A stretch of DNA of 63,790 bases, the filler included, from Reclinomonas americana ATCC 50394 (taxonomy: Eukaryota): NCBI GenBank assembly GCA_048213135.1. It is 7 parts of 5 records of this genome, joined end to end, with 100 filler letters (N's around TTAATTAATTAA, not from the genome) between each part and the next. Parts side by side here need not be neighbours in the genome. Positions count along the whole stretch, not along the records: positions 17,084 to 44,317 come from PS015540.1; 6 more parts are not named here. The stretch is one strand, 5' to 3'. The notes under the pieces were generated by a model. It searched no databases, had not been told where the DNA came from, and was given only the letters and a program-made list of their open reading frames with translations. Positions 25,194-39,300 of the stretch are shown here, in pieces (the first letter of the stretch is position 1; each line of letters begins with the position of its first letter). The translations under genes were made by a program, and so were the position numbers.

Positions 25194-27563
25194 TTAAGGC
25201 TGGTCTGCCCCATCGTCCGGTGTCTCGCCATTGCTGGCCTCAGTGGAACCTTGCAGCAGTGGCTCCTTCAGGTGGGTGGCGCCGTTGATGGAGGTCGGCT
25301 TGAGGGCGATCTCGCGATTTGAGGCAGCCGCAGCACCTCCGGATCCCGGAGCAGCCGCCGCCGTACTCTTGTCGTCGCCCGCCGGCGTCTGCGATAGAAG
25401 ACGAGTTCTCTCCTCTGCAGCGCACGCACCAAGTAAACAACATAAGCATCATGCAGCGGCGACGGCACACACGATTGTCAGCTGTCCACTCACCGCGATG
25501 TGTGACGTCCAGACGGTGATGCCAGAAATCGAGGCCACCCTGCTCGTGCTCCGGTCGCGCGCGCAGCCGGGTCATGCGTTGCAGAATCGCCAACAGCAGC
25601 CATGTCATGAAACCGGAAAACACAATGGCAATCACCACGCCCAACACCTGCACGCCCAGCAAGTGGCCACCACCACCCACGATGATTCCATTGGCGCCCG
25701 CTGGGTTCACCCGCGAGTCACCGCAAAAGCCGATCGCCAGCGCACCAATCGCACCAGTGAGACCGTGCACACACGAGACCTGTCACGAAAGACTTAACGT
25801 GTGAGTGCCAACACCAGTTTGTGGCAAGTACTGGGGGAGGGTGAAGCACCTCTAGGGCATCATCGATGCGAGCCTTGTGGAGCAACTTGGCAGCGTAGAA
25901 CGACGAGAGGCCGAGAATAATGCCAACCACAATACCACTCTGCGTCGAAATGTATCCGGAGGCCTGCATACAGAACAACAATCTGTCAGCATTCACACAC
26001 CATTCATGCATGCGTCCGTGCCAACGCAACTGGAGTGATGCCTGCCATGCCGGCAATGGCACCGTTCAGCACATGGAGCGCCGACGGCTTGTCCTCAATC
26101 CACCCACAGATCAGCCACACCGCGGCCGAGAACACGGCGCCGACCTGCGTGTTAATGACGGCCTGGATACCGACGTCGTTGGCGGCCAGCGCCGACCCGC
26201 CATTGAAGCCAAACCAGCCGACCCACAGCAGTGTGGCACCAACGGCGGCAATGCGCATCTGGTGAAACAACAATCAAAGATGAGCCCCGAGCTGTCTGTC
26301 ACGACATTTCACCATCGTGCCACGCAACATCGCTGTGCGGGAATGTGCCGTGGTACTAAAGGACACGCAAAGTGAGTGCGAGTGACACACACACACACAG
26401 AGGTACTCGTGATGATGCCTGCCACAAGCCTTCTCGTATCCGACACGACGGCCAAGCATGTGTGCAATAATGAGGGCGCTGATGCCCGACGACGTGTGAA
26501 TGACAATGCCGCCAGCAAAGTCCTACAGTAGGCATGTGTGAGGGCACTCACACATGCACCACTTCACAGACGCGCGCGTACCTGCGTGCCAAGCTTGTCG
26601 AGCCAGCTGCATTTCTCGCACGTTAGTCACGACAGCGCAGTGGCACACGGTAGGCAATACAAAACGCACCCAGCTCCCCAAATCCAGTGCGCCAGTGGCT
26701 ATGGCACACATTGAGACGGCGCCCATCAGCGACCGCATGCAGAGATCGCACGACCGCCACCATGACGCAACGTAATACACGACAATCTCCCACAAGATGA
26801 TAAACGCCAAGAACGGTTTCCAGCGCATGCGCTCCGCCACCGTGCCCGTAATCAACAGTGGGGTGACACAGGCAAACATCCTATGTGTGAGAAGACGCTG
26901 TCAAGACCAGGAGAGGAGGGGAGCAGGGTGGAGCACACGATCTATCTCTGTGGCTCGGAACATTTGAAAGATGGCAAAGGCCGCCGTCGGCACATTGTAC
27001 TGCACTCCATCTGCCACGACACATCCGCGATCCTCAACGCCACTGTGGAAGAGCGGTGAGAGTGAGACAGAGTGAGACACGCAGAGCAGAGCACGCAACA
27101 GGAAGAGCGCATGAGTGAAATCGCCAATCACTCCGCCGTGATCGGGGCCAACTGACGCCATGAGAAAGAGAGACTGTGTGTGAGATGCGTGCATCATGAG
27201 AGAATGTGTGCGTGAGAGAGAGAATGCGCAACAAGTGAGTGAGTAGCCAATGAGAATCCACAGACAGGCTAATGAGACCAGGCCGCCGAGTGTTTGTGTG
27301 AGCACAGAGACCGAGTTTTTCAAGCGCAGAAGACCGGCCTCAAACAGCGCGAGGCCTGCATGTGAGGGAGAATGAGAGTGAGCGTGTGAGTGAGTGAGAG
27401 CAGTGCTTGTCGCTGACCAGGAATCATGCCGAGCACGAGCACTGAGAGAAGGCGTGTGAGGATGAGTGAGTGTGAGAGTGGCCATCATGGAGGCTGCCAC
27501 CAACGAACCCGACGATGCGAGCGTCCATGCCGTGTCGCCAGTGTTGGGCACGCAGGGAGGCAT
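25194..27563 (-). CDS. AMT: Ammonium transporter (Amt family)
   Basis: GDTAW, MIPGLALFEAGL, FQMMFACVTP, AERM, AHWIWG, DFAGGIVIH, LLWVGWFGFNGGS, IDDAL and VHG. Confidence 0.96.
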
Positions 27564-27837
27564 CGCGTTCTTCTGTCGTATGAAAGTTTTCAGGTTCTTT
27601 TTAGACTGCTTTCCCGCTTTGGTGCACGCACTCGAATGTCTTGCGGCCAGCGCAACGCATCAGTTGGCCTCCCGCATATGCGACACGTGCGTCTGATGAT
27701 GCTGCTTGAACGACGGCGATGACCACCGTGTGTGTGCCTTTGAGCGTGTGCGATGAGTGTGCAGACAACATCAAAGTTTGCGAACAAAACTCTGCCATTT
27801 TTGTAGAAGCTTTTCAATCTCCTTTTTTTTTTCATGT

Positions 27838-30800
27838 CTACACGCCTCGGGGGTTGAAGTCGTCGTCGTCGTCTTCGAGCAGTGCTGGAGGAGCTTCGGC
27901 GGCGGCGCTTGCCTTGGGACCGGACTTGCCGGCCGGGCTCTTGGGCGCCGCAGCCTTTGAGCCGCTGCTGTTGATGCTGGTGGTGCGAACTGGAGCCTTT
28001 TGCTTCGAGCCGCTGCCACCCACTGCACGACAACACGACAGTGAGCTCAAGTACAGGCAGGGCGGGGAAGCAAACTGGGAACAATCGCCACGTACATCCT
28101 CCGTCAAACTCCATGGCTTCCTCATCGTCGCCGAGACCAAACTCACCGCCGTCCTCATCCTCGTCGAACAGCGATGAGCCGCCGGTAAGCGGCTGGTACT
28201 TGCCGGGCACGAAGCGGCGACCACCCAGACGATCAGAGATGAAGGTGCGGAATCTGTAGGCCAACACGCGCGCTCAGTCAACTCTCACATCACCACCACG
28301 ACTAACAAAAAAGAGAGCGCCACGAACCGCTCGTTCTTGTTCCACAGGAACGCGATACCGGCGACGGCGGCCAGAATGACCACAAAGACAACCAGCAGAG
28401 CAATGGCGGTGCCACTCATGCCACGCTCAGGGCACGGGAAGAACACCGGATCGTGCGTCTCGTCAAGGCCGCCGGCGCAAGTGTTACCGGCCACACGACG
28501 GTATCTGCACACCAACGATTAGCAGACGCGCACAGCGCAACAGGCACACGCACAGACAGGAGCACAAACCCCTTGGTGACACGATACTGTGTTCCGCTTG
28601 GACACACGTCCGGTGGTCTCGACGAAACCGGGATGGGCGAAATGCACGGACCAGTAGCCGTGGCACGCTCGTAGCCGTAATCGCTGTGCGTGTCAGCGGG
28701 GGGTGAGGACAAGAGCACGCTCACACACACGCGATCATAAGAACGCAACCACTCGTAGTCCTCCTCGGTGCACTCGCAGTTGCTGAGGCGGACCGGCTTC
28801 TCGAGCACGTCGGAGCCAATGTAGCAGGCAGCCTCGCGTGAGCGACGCGGATACTCCACTTTGCGGCCCATCAGGCATCCGCCATCGTATGTCTGCGGCA
28901 TGAAATACTCAAAGTCCGAGCTCGGTGAACCGGGGCTCTCCAGACCCTCGCCTGCCATCGAGAGCACGTGAGAATCGCGCCACGCATGCAACGACAAAAT
29001 CACAAAAAACAAAGACGCACATGCACGAGGCAACACGCCGGTAAAGTCGACGCCCACAAGCACCGAGCCACCGTCCTTGTGCATGCCAGCAATCATGAAC
29101 GTCTGTCGGCGATTCGCCGGATCGGTGTAGATGGCTTTCGGCTTGAACCAGTCCTCGTTGCGTAGCACCACCTTTTCCCAGCTCTTGCCCTCGTCCACCG
29201 AGGCCCTGAAACATGTTTAACATCAGTCCCCACACGCACTGCCAGCGCAGTGCCACTGCCACGCAACAGCATGAAGTTAGTGCCGGCGGCGGCATGAATG
29301 CCCACCATCAACGAGCCGTGATCGCCAAACTGGGCCATGTAAGGGCCATCGGCGACGGCTTCCCACGAAACACCGCCGTCGCGCGAGAAGAATGTCTGTG
29401 CCAGGGCATCGTCGTACGAGAGGCGAGTGCCGACATTGCCTGCAGCACGCAACACCAATCCAAGATTAGTATGCACACCGAATGAAATTAATCAACGAAA
29501 TCTAACCCCACGCACCAGTGGCCATGATGAGTCCGGGAGCATTTTCGGCGCTGAAGATAGTGCGGCCGGGAGTGGCGAAACCATGCAGGTGCAGAGAGCA
29601 CTGCTCGCCCTTTGGGCACGCATACGGCTTGCCGGCGGGATCGGTCTTGGGAGCCGGGATCGGCGTCCACTCGGAGCCCTTGTCGAAGCTGATGACCGTC
29701 TGCATCATGCAGAACTGAGCGCAATCCTCGGGATCGCGGCAGTTGAGGCACATGTCGTCCTCGCCATTGGCGACCACATTCGCCACAAAGATGCCGTCGA
29801 GGCCCTTGATGCGCTGGAAGTCGCAGCGGCCGTCGGGATTGCGGCGATTGTTCAGCAACGACCGCGAGAAGCTGTTGCATGCCAACAAGATGAGCATCAC
29901 GGAGAAGGCAGCTCATAATCATACGAATCGCTCCCTCTCCTCACCGTGAGCCCATGGTGTCTGACAGATACACGTGGCCGTACTGGCGGGTGTTGTCGTC
30001 GTGGTGCACGTTGACAAAGACGCTGCCCTCGCTGGTGTCCAGAATGGTGTAGTCGCGCTCATTGATCTTCATCGGCATCTTGGCCTCGGTGACAAAGCTG
30101 CCATTGTCGCTTGACACCAACAGCTGCACTTGGTTGGTCTCCGGGTGCGTGCGCGCCACAAACATAAAGTCGTCGGTGAACAGGAACTGCGCAGCGGCTT
30201 CCACCAGGCGCGTCACTGTGAAATCGTTGTCGTCCCAGTTGCCGTAGCCAAAATCGTACTTGGCGCGCGGGTTCTTGGACGGGAACATGACAAACAGGCG
30301 ACGCTGTGCGACGGGCACGATGAGGAACACACGCAAGGGAGACGAGTGGCGGTCCATGCAGTGCTACACACATCGTCGAAGCTGGCCATCGTGTTGCGAC
30401 CCCAACTGACGTTCGAAAACTCGCCCGGCAGGCGGCGCCATTGATTGTTGTTGCCAATCCACGCCTCCAGAGTGCACGAGGGGAACATGAACCGCGACTG
30501 ATTGTCGTCCTTGCATTTGAGACCGACAGCCACCTCCTTGCGCGTCGGGTGCGGAATGAAGCCGCGGAACTGCGGTTCCGAATTCACCGCCTCGTACGTC
30601 TTCCCGCCATCGTATGTGATCCATCCCTTGTACTTTTTGTCGCCCACCAGATAGATCTGCACGATAGGGGGGAGAGGCGGTTAGCGTGCTGCGCTGCGCC
30701 TATCATCATCATCGCTGTCGCCACTGACCGTGTTGGGGTCGGCGGGAGAGGGATTCACTGGCCGCGGAACCTTGACAGTCACACAGGAGACCTCATCACA

Positions 30801-31506
30801 GCCCGTCAGCCGATCGTTGTGCTTCACCACCGTCTGCGCGTCGTTATCCGTCAAGTAGACGAACTTGTCGGTCAAGATGATGGCTTTCTGTGATCGCACA
30901 CAGAGACAAGTGAGCACACACGTGTCAACTGCGAAATGGTCTCACTGACTAACACCGACCCCCCGCCGCGGACATGAGCGCACAAGTCTCACATGTATGT
31001 GTGCATGCGTGCGTGTGTATGCTTCACAGAGCGTGTGTGTGCGCGTGTGTGGCGGAGAGGCAGAGTGTGAAATGGCCCTCTTTGACTCACCTCCGACTCG
31101 GCGCCCAGGTATCCCAATCGATGCAGCGTGCCCTCCAGGGAATGCTACGCACAACACCGTCAACAATACCGCAGAGTGCAACACACGCACACACACTCAA
31201 GAAAAAAGTTGAACGAAAGTGAAGCGCGCGCGAAAGAGCATGCTCACCAGCACGACCTTGACCTTGGAGAAGTCGGGCTTGTCGTTGTTGTCGGAGCCAG
31301 CGGGCTTGGCCAGCACAACACCACCACCAACACCACTGCCACTTGCATCGGCACCGTTCCCGCCCTGCGCGGTCGCCAAGCCGCAAAACACTGCAATCAC
31401 ACACACGCACAGCACAACAGCCGCCGTGTGGCGCGACACTGTTTTGTGCGCAGAGACCAATCAGTCTGTGCGCTACAGTCATTGTGTTGACAATTGCACG
31501 CAACAA
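27838..31506 (-). CDS. VPS10: VPS10/sortilin-family type I membrane receptor (start in gap)
   Basis: Signal peptide, BNR/Asp-box repeats (TYDGGKTY, SFDKGSEW, SRDGGVSW, SVDEGKSW), CSLHLHG, APGLIMATG, a 10CC domain (CLMG, CECTEEDYECDYGY, GYRRVAGNTC), a TM, and a YQPL/acidic tail ending DDFNPR. Confidence 0.93.
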
Positions 31507-31693
31507 NNNNNNNNNNNNNNNNNNNNNNNNNNNNNNNNNNNNNNNNNNNNNNNNNNNNNNNNNNNNNNNNNNNNNNNNNNNNNNNNNNNNNNNNNNNNNN
31601 NNNNNNNNNNNNNNNNNNNNNNNNNNNNNNNNNNNNNNNNNNNNNNNNNNNNNNNNNNNNNNNNNNNNNNNNNNNNNNNNNNNNNTTTTTGTA

Positions 31694-34600
31694 GCGTTGC
31701 GAAAGCTTACATGTTTCACGGCGAAACAGCTGAATATGGGTCCCCGCTGAAGCAGTCGCTGTTGAGTGCGGTGGCCTACCAAGCTGGAGCTATTAGTCGA
31801 GGCGGGCTAGTTCCCTGTGCGTGTTGTACCGACTGCGCTGTGCCCTAGTACGAGCGAATCTCACTGCCTCATTTTCGCTGCTGTGTTGTCTGCATGTCTC
31901 TCGCACAACCTGCTCAGATACTATCGTCTTACTCGTCAGTGATGCCATCAGTGGCCTCGACGTGAGTTACGTGGTTGAACACACGATCGATGGGGGGCAG
32001 GTTTATCGCGAAAAAGGAAGCTTCGGTACCACGCTCTACCCCGAGCCAACAAACTTCTTGGGAGTAGTACCGTCCATCACAGGCCTGACGAGTAATGCCA
32101 TCACCATATTCTTGACGACCGACACGGAGGAAGTATACTCGACTGTGACGCTGAACGCGGCTTTTCAGTCGAACTGTGCGTATGGTGTCCTCCTTCAAGT
32201 TGTGCACTTGGATATCTCACCTGCCCATTGTGGTTGCATGACGCGGCAGTGGTTTCTGAGCCCTATGCGGGGTACGTGGTGCCTGCTGGAATCCAGTTCA
32301 CTTTTTTCTCCCCGACGGATACCGGAGTCAATACTCTCTACCCCACTGCGCCGATCGGGACTTCCTGCATCGGCCTGGTCGACTCTGCAACCTTGAAGCT
32401 TTTGTCGGCGGACGCCGAGTGCGTATGGCAGTCAGACACAGTTGCGGCAGTCCGTTGTCAAGGCTGCTCTGCTGTCTCCCGAATCAGATGTGTCTCAATC
32501 ATGATACCTCTCAGGTGCTGCTTGCTCGCTTCGGGAGTGGTGCCTCGGCAGCGAATCTGCAACTCAAGTCCCCTGTGGGATTGATCCCGCTGCGCGTCTT
32601 TGGCCTTTCCACTCGCCTTAAAATCGACCCAGCACAAGATATTCGGGCAACCGATATCGGTGTTGGTCGCTCTGATGCTTTCAGCGACTACCAGACGGCA
32701 ATGTCGACTCTTTCTACTTTCAGCACAGTCGGCCGTGGTGCAGTTAATAAGCCCAACTTAGAAATGGCCCCATCATCTGATGCTGCCAACGGAGGGACCA
32801 CCGGATCCTCTGGGTCCACCTCTGGGTCTTCTGGATCAAATGGGTCGTCTGGATCCTCCGGGTCAACGAATACCGGAACCACGGCGCCGGATTTCGCTGC
32901 TGTGATTTCGGTGCGTCGCACTCCGCTCTTTACTGCAGAGTTCAGATACGAATGCTCACTCATGCATGGGGATGATCATGCAGGGCCCCAGCGAAATCGG
33001 TGCGTGCGACACGGAGGTCACCTACGACGGAACGGCATCAAGTGGCAGCAGTGTGACATACAACTGGGTCGCTGATGGAGCGGCGTCCACGAGCACGTCG
33101 AACAACGGAGGCATTCTGAGTGTCACGGTGCTTCTGGCAACCCGGGCCCTCACCGTCACGCTGACAGTGACTGACAGGACGGCCGGCAAACAAGCCATTC
33201 AGACACTTACGGTAATGAGTGCAGAGCGTGTGTTTGTGTGTTTGGCACTCACCTACGCAACGCAGACGGTGCGGTTGCCATTTGCGGTTCCGACGGCCAG
33301 TATCAGTGGCAGTGGAGTCGGTGGCCTTCCGCTTGTGTTTCGACAATCAGAGACTGTGCGGCTGACGGCCACGGCTCGACCTGGCACACGATGCAGTACG
33401 TGACCGGGAGTGTTCACAGTATGTGTGGGTGTGGGTGACAACTGACGATGGTGCGGTCGCAGGAGCGGATGTGGGTCCAGCGTCGGACGGTCTGGCGTAC
33501 GCATGGACTCAAGCGAGTGGTCCACGCATCCCGGTGTCGGCATATGAACCACTCGGTCTGCTGCTGTTGTAGTTGCTGCTTGTCGACACACTTGCGTGCA
33601 TCCTCACTGTCACGCACGCATTCGTTTACGCACAGGCACCAACTCGCTCACGCTGGTCTTCCCGGCGTCTCGGCTGGTGCTTGGAACGGACTACCGCTTT
33701 GTGTTCAATGCGACTGATGTGCAGAATCCGCTGGTACGTAGTGGTGGACGGAGTGCGGGTGTGTGTATCTCCTCGTCTGATCTGTGGTTTTGCGTGGTTC
33801 CGCAGGCCACACATGCCGACTCGGTGACTATCCGACTCTTGCGCGAACGACTATCTCTGTCGTGGAAGGACGGCAGTGAGGTGACAGCGTCGGCATCGTT
33901 GCGTTTCCCAAGATTGTGTGTTGTGTACTCCGTTGCGCAACCTCACTGTGGATGCGAGCAGCAAATTGGTGGGATTGGCACTGGAGGCGGTGGATCCTGA
34001 GAAGGAGATGCCGCCAGTATCGCAGTTTCGTGGCTGTGACAAAGCAGATCGGTGTTGTCGTTGCACTGCTGATGGTGGTGTGCACGCGCGTGCTCGCACA
34101 GATTGACGTTCATATGCTCCGCCTCGCTCGGCTCATGTCCGTCGTCGATTCCGACAATGGCACAAGCCACCTCGCTGTATACTTTGTCGATTGCGGCGAA
34201 CACGTTAGTGGCTGGGGTTCGGTACACCATCAGCGCGTCGTGGACGCACGGAGTGCGCTCGACTGGTCCGGTGACGATTGTAGTGGTTGCGGTGGGGGCG
34301 AGTGTGCCGACAGTGTACATTGACACGTCGCTGAGCGACATTGACACGTTTCGGTTCTTGAGTTGCGTGCCGACTTGGTCGCCTTTCATATAGTGCACGC
34401 AGGCGAATGACATTTGGGTGGCAGGCGTGATCAACGGAGCTGATGGAGCGGCGCAGAGTGCGACTTACTTTTATTGGTGGTCGATCTCTGCGGCGTTCAG
34501 CACCAGCAGTGCGTGTGGGGGAGGAGAGGAGAGAAGAAGAGTGAGAGGGCGGCAGTGCTTTATGTTCACCTTTGCCGATTGCTCTGCAGGCTTGGCGGTG

Positions 34601-35080
34601 CGGACTGGGTTCAGCGGGCCGGATCTGACAATCGATGCAAGTGGTGTCCCGTCGGGCGGCTTTGTCATTGTGACGTTGTCGGTGAGCACGGAGAGTGTGG
34701 CGCAGGCCAAACTGGGACGTGCGGCAGATGGAAATGGTGCGTGTGCTTGGGAGGTTGTGCGGGTGTGTTGCCTTTCTGGTGCTGACTGTGTGCGCGTGTG
34801 CTTGATGCTACAGCCGTAGCGAGTGTGAGCAGTCGACGAGGAGTGGCGCCGTGTTGCGGCAAGGTGTTGATTGGTTCGTGAGTGCTGTTGACTTGAGGCG
34901 TGTTGTGCGTGTTGTATGGCGACTCAACGATGCGGATCGTTGCATCAGATCCGCCTTCGGGATTCGCTTTGAGTACGGTGTTTCGACTGAGTGCCACTGG
35001 GTGGCTTGACGATGCGTCGGTGCGTGTGTGANNNNNNNNNNNNNNNNNNNNGTCGTACGTACGTACCGTACCGTACCGTA

Positions 35081-35146
<66 letters not shown>

Positions 35147-36265
35147 CATGGTATGTGATGAGTGCAGGCTTGGGCGACGGCAACTCTGGGAAGGTGCTTG
35201 TGACGATTCGAGACCTGTTTGGACGAGAGACGGTGGTGGCGGTGCCGGTGTCTGTGATGGGCACGACTGAGGCGGTGAACCGTTGCGTGGAGCTGCGAAG
35301 TGATGATGCGCGATTGTTGTTTTTTTGTTGGTGGCTGAGGATGGAATCGATGTGCGTGCAGCGACAACGGTTGTGCAGTACCTGAACAGCACGGCAGGTG
35401 CAGCACTGCAGAGTGCTTTCTTAGCACGCGACTGTGAGGCGTCGCAGGTGCTGATCAGTGGATCGGCGAGGACACTGAATGTGGCGGCTGCGGTGCCGCC
35501 GTCGACGTGGAGATGCAGTGCGAGTGATTGCGGCGTGGAGCAAATGCGGTGAGTGCGTAAGAGAGAGAGAGGGAAAGAGAGAGAGAGAGAGAGAGTGAGA
35601 GAGCAGAGACAGGAGGGACAGAGGGAGAGAGAGAGAGAGAGAGTAGAGACAGAGGGACATAGGGAGAGAGCAGAGAGAGAGAAAGCAGAGTCTGACTCTG
35701 TTGTTACCTGGCGCCGAATGCATGTTTATGTTGTGCGCGCAGTGGAGTGTGTGACAGCAGCACCGGAACGTGTGTATGTCGGAACGGATACGGCGGATAT
35801 TACTGCGAGTTGACGAGTGCACAACTTGCGGAGGTGCGAGAATATGATAGTCGCTTGTGCTCCTGCATATGCTGTTGGTCGATGCTGAGGTGTTGGGCGA
35901 TTCGGTAGCGACAAGCACTGCGGCTGTCGTGGTCGAAGGCACTGTCGGACTTGTCGTGCGAGTCGACGACGAGTGTGGCGTCTGCGGAGAACTTGCGACT
36001 GGCGACAGCCATGCTGCACCAGGTGGTGTCTGTGCCGACGGTGTGCGAGATTGTTCTTGCTGTTGTTTGGTGTTGGTGGTGTTGCGTGGCCACTGATTGT
36101 GGCGACGGTAACAGGAGTTGACAACGCCGTCGATCGAGACGGCGCTGTCACTGGCGACCGACATGATGGCGCAGGCGTCGCGGCTGGCCTCATCGTCAAC
36201 ATCGTCGACCAGCGTGCGGACGGTTGCGGATTTCATNNNNNNNNNNNNNNNNNNNNGTGTGTAGG

Positions 36266-36325
<60 letters not shown>

Positions 36326-39300
36326 GAGCGTGTTTGAGCGTGTTCTGATGTGTGTGTGTGTCTTTGCAGGATGGAGGAGTGACGGACATTACGGCTGCTC
36401 TCAGCAAGTCGCGAGCGCGTACGATTCTGGAGACTGCGTCGACGCTTTTGTTGGATCGGCTGGTGTGTGGGGCAATGCGAGAGGAGGGAGAACGAGAGAC
36501 GAGTGTGTGTGTGAGAGAGAGCGAAAGAGAGAGAGAGAGTTTGTGATTACGGAGTTTCTCTTCTGAGTTTGCTGGTGTGCGGAGAGGACGACAGACTTGT
36601 GTGAAGAAAGGAGAAAGCGGCAGGCAGAGACGAGAGACAGGAGAGAGAGAGAGAGATAGAGCGTGTGTATTTGTGTACATTGATTTCCTTTTCTCTCACT
36701 GTCCATCGATACAGGCGAGTGGTGAGCCGGCGTATTCCGTGGCAGCCAACTACACGCAGTGGACTGCACAGGTGGCGCGCGCAAGCGACCTGCTTGCGAG
36801 CTCGGTGAATTCGACGTCACCAGCACCGCTGTCGCTTCCGGAGACATCACGCAACTACACTGCCAACATTATTCTGAATGCGGCGCCGTCGGTGTTTGTG
36901 GTACCGAGCTCGATTGTGTCGCAGTATCCGTCGGGCAGCTACAAGATGCGGCACTTGACGGAGGTGTTCAACCCGCTGACGTTTGTGTCGTCGACGGAGG
37001 CCATCAAGGTGTGCCATTGTGTTGTCGCCGATGGTGTGTGCTTCAACTGGGTGGTGTTGGTGACTTGATTGATTGGATGCAGAGTGGCGCCACGTCGCTG
37101 ACGTTGTACGATGGCGCGGGTCAGGAGCTGGATGTGAAGGGACTGACGACGCCGATTCAGATTGTGCTGCCGACTGTGGATGCGGCGTACACGAGCGCGA
37201 ATCGCATTCTGAGTTCGTGGAGAGGGAGAGACGGGAAGGTTGAGAAAATGAGCTGATTGTGTGTATTCATTTGCGTGCAGCAACGTGCAAATACTACAAC
37301 ACGGCGACGATGAGTTGGCAGGCAGATGGATGTTCACTTGTGCAAGTGACGAGCAACACGACAGTGTGTGCATGCACGCATCTGACGACGTTTGCAGCGT
37401 TGCGTCTTGGTGGACATTGCTTGTTGTGTGTGTGTTTGTGTGTGTGGGAAACGTGACAGTGTGGCATGCGCGCGACGTGGCACCACAGGTTCCAGTTCTT
37501 CTCGGAGATCTTTGCAATGGCATCGATTGTGAACCCGTTCTCGCTGCCGCTGTCGCTGCAATGGAGCATGGTGGGGGCGATGATTGGACTGTTTGCGGTG
37601 TATGTGGGTGTGATGGTGCTGTTGTGTTGCATCAAGTACTGCGGTCATCGGCGTCGGTGAGTGTTGAGAGAAGCGAGGTGGAGGAGGAGTAAGTGTGTTG
37701 ATGTTGTTTTCTGCAGACGGCGAGAGGGACTGGAAAACTGCCGAGTCATGTTTGTGTTTGGCATGTGTGCGGTGGAGCGGTACTTGAGACCATCGCGATA
37801 TCTGCGGTATCACGACATTCGCTGTTGCGTGTGTGTGGTTGCTTGTTTGTGCAATCGAGTTGACGCGAGTCCGGTGGTGCTGATTAGCGAGATATGCATT
37901 GTCCAGTGACGAGCGAGCAGCTGCGATCGATTGCGGTGCTGCTGAAGACAAAGAGCGAGCAGGCAGCCAAAGGTGCGTGTGCNNNNNNNNNNNNNNNNNN
38001 NNNNNNNNNNNNNNNNNNNNNNNNNNNNNNNNNNNNNNNNNNNNNNNNNNNNNNNNNNNNNNNNNNNNNNNNNNNNNNNNNNNNNNNNNNNNNNNNNNNN
38101 NNNNNNNNNNNNNNNNNNNNNNNNNNNNNNNNNNNNNNNNNNNNNNNNNNNNNNNNNNNNNNNNNNNNNNNNNNNNNNNNNNNNNNNNNNNNNNNNNNNN
38201 NNNNNNNNNNNNNNNNNNNNNNNNNNNNNNNNNNNNNNNNNNNNNNNNNNNNNNNNNNNNNNNNNNNNNNNNNNNNNNNNNNNNNNNNNNNNNNNNNNNN
38301 NNNNNNNNNNNNNNNNNNNNNNNNNNNNNNNNNNNNNNNNNNNNNNNNNNNNNNNNNNNNNNNNNNNNNNNNNNNNNNNNNNNNNNNNNNNNNNNNNNNN
38401 NNNNGTGTGTTTTGTGTCAAGTGCATGTGGGGTGAGTGAGTGACTCAGTCGTGTGGGGTGTGGTGATCAGAGTGGTGGTCATCGCTGCGGAAGGAGCACC
38501 TGTGGCTGTATGTGTGGCGCGACAAGGCGGCGCTGACATCGAACGTGAATGTGGTGACTGGACGGCGCAAGTATCTGTCGACCGATCAGGCGGTGACGCT
38601 GATTGTGCTGTTGCGTGCAAGCGAGTGCGTGTGTGTGTGTGTGTTGACCGTCAGTCGTTGAGTTGAGAGAGCCTTGACAGATTCGTGCTGGGATCGTTCA
38701 TCGGCAATGCGGTGTTCTTCAAGGCCGAGTTCTCGTCATTTGGACAGAATTTTGTTTCGTGCTGCTGTCACAGGGTGGGAGAGAGAGGATGCGATCACTG
38801 ACAAGCAGAGTTTTTGTGCAGATTGCGGGTCTGATTTCTGGATTCCTGGCTGGCCTGCCGCAGGTTTTGTGTTGGATTCCGATTGGATTGCAGTTGATGG
38901 TTGTGGTCGACTGTTTGCTGATTTTGTTTGCTACACAGTTGGTGCTTGGCATTCTGTTCTTGAAGACTGGCCGACGACCGAAGATGTGTGGTTCGTCCCG
39001 CTGCTGCCTTGCACCTTGATCTACGTTTTCAGTGTGGTTGATTTGTTGTGGCGGTGCGCAGACAAGTTCACCAGCACGTGGTATTTGAATCTGCCAGCCG
39101 ATTGGAAGGGGCGCATTTGGGAGCTTCCACCGCCGGTTGATGGCAGGGGAGCGGGTACAGTGAGTGCACGGCAGGCAGATCCGCGATGGGCGATTGTGGA
39201 GCGGGGACTTGTTCGTGCGGCGGCACACGATCCGCTGTCGCATCCGGTGGTGCCGACTGACGAGGGAGTCGGGGTGCTGACACGAGTGGACATGGCGATG

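Noticed and set aside
35052..35086. GTACGTACCGTACC repeat, and the odd first 100 nt of the window
   Set aside because: Lies at contig ends next to microsatellites and resembles low-quality flow-order noise.
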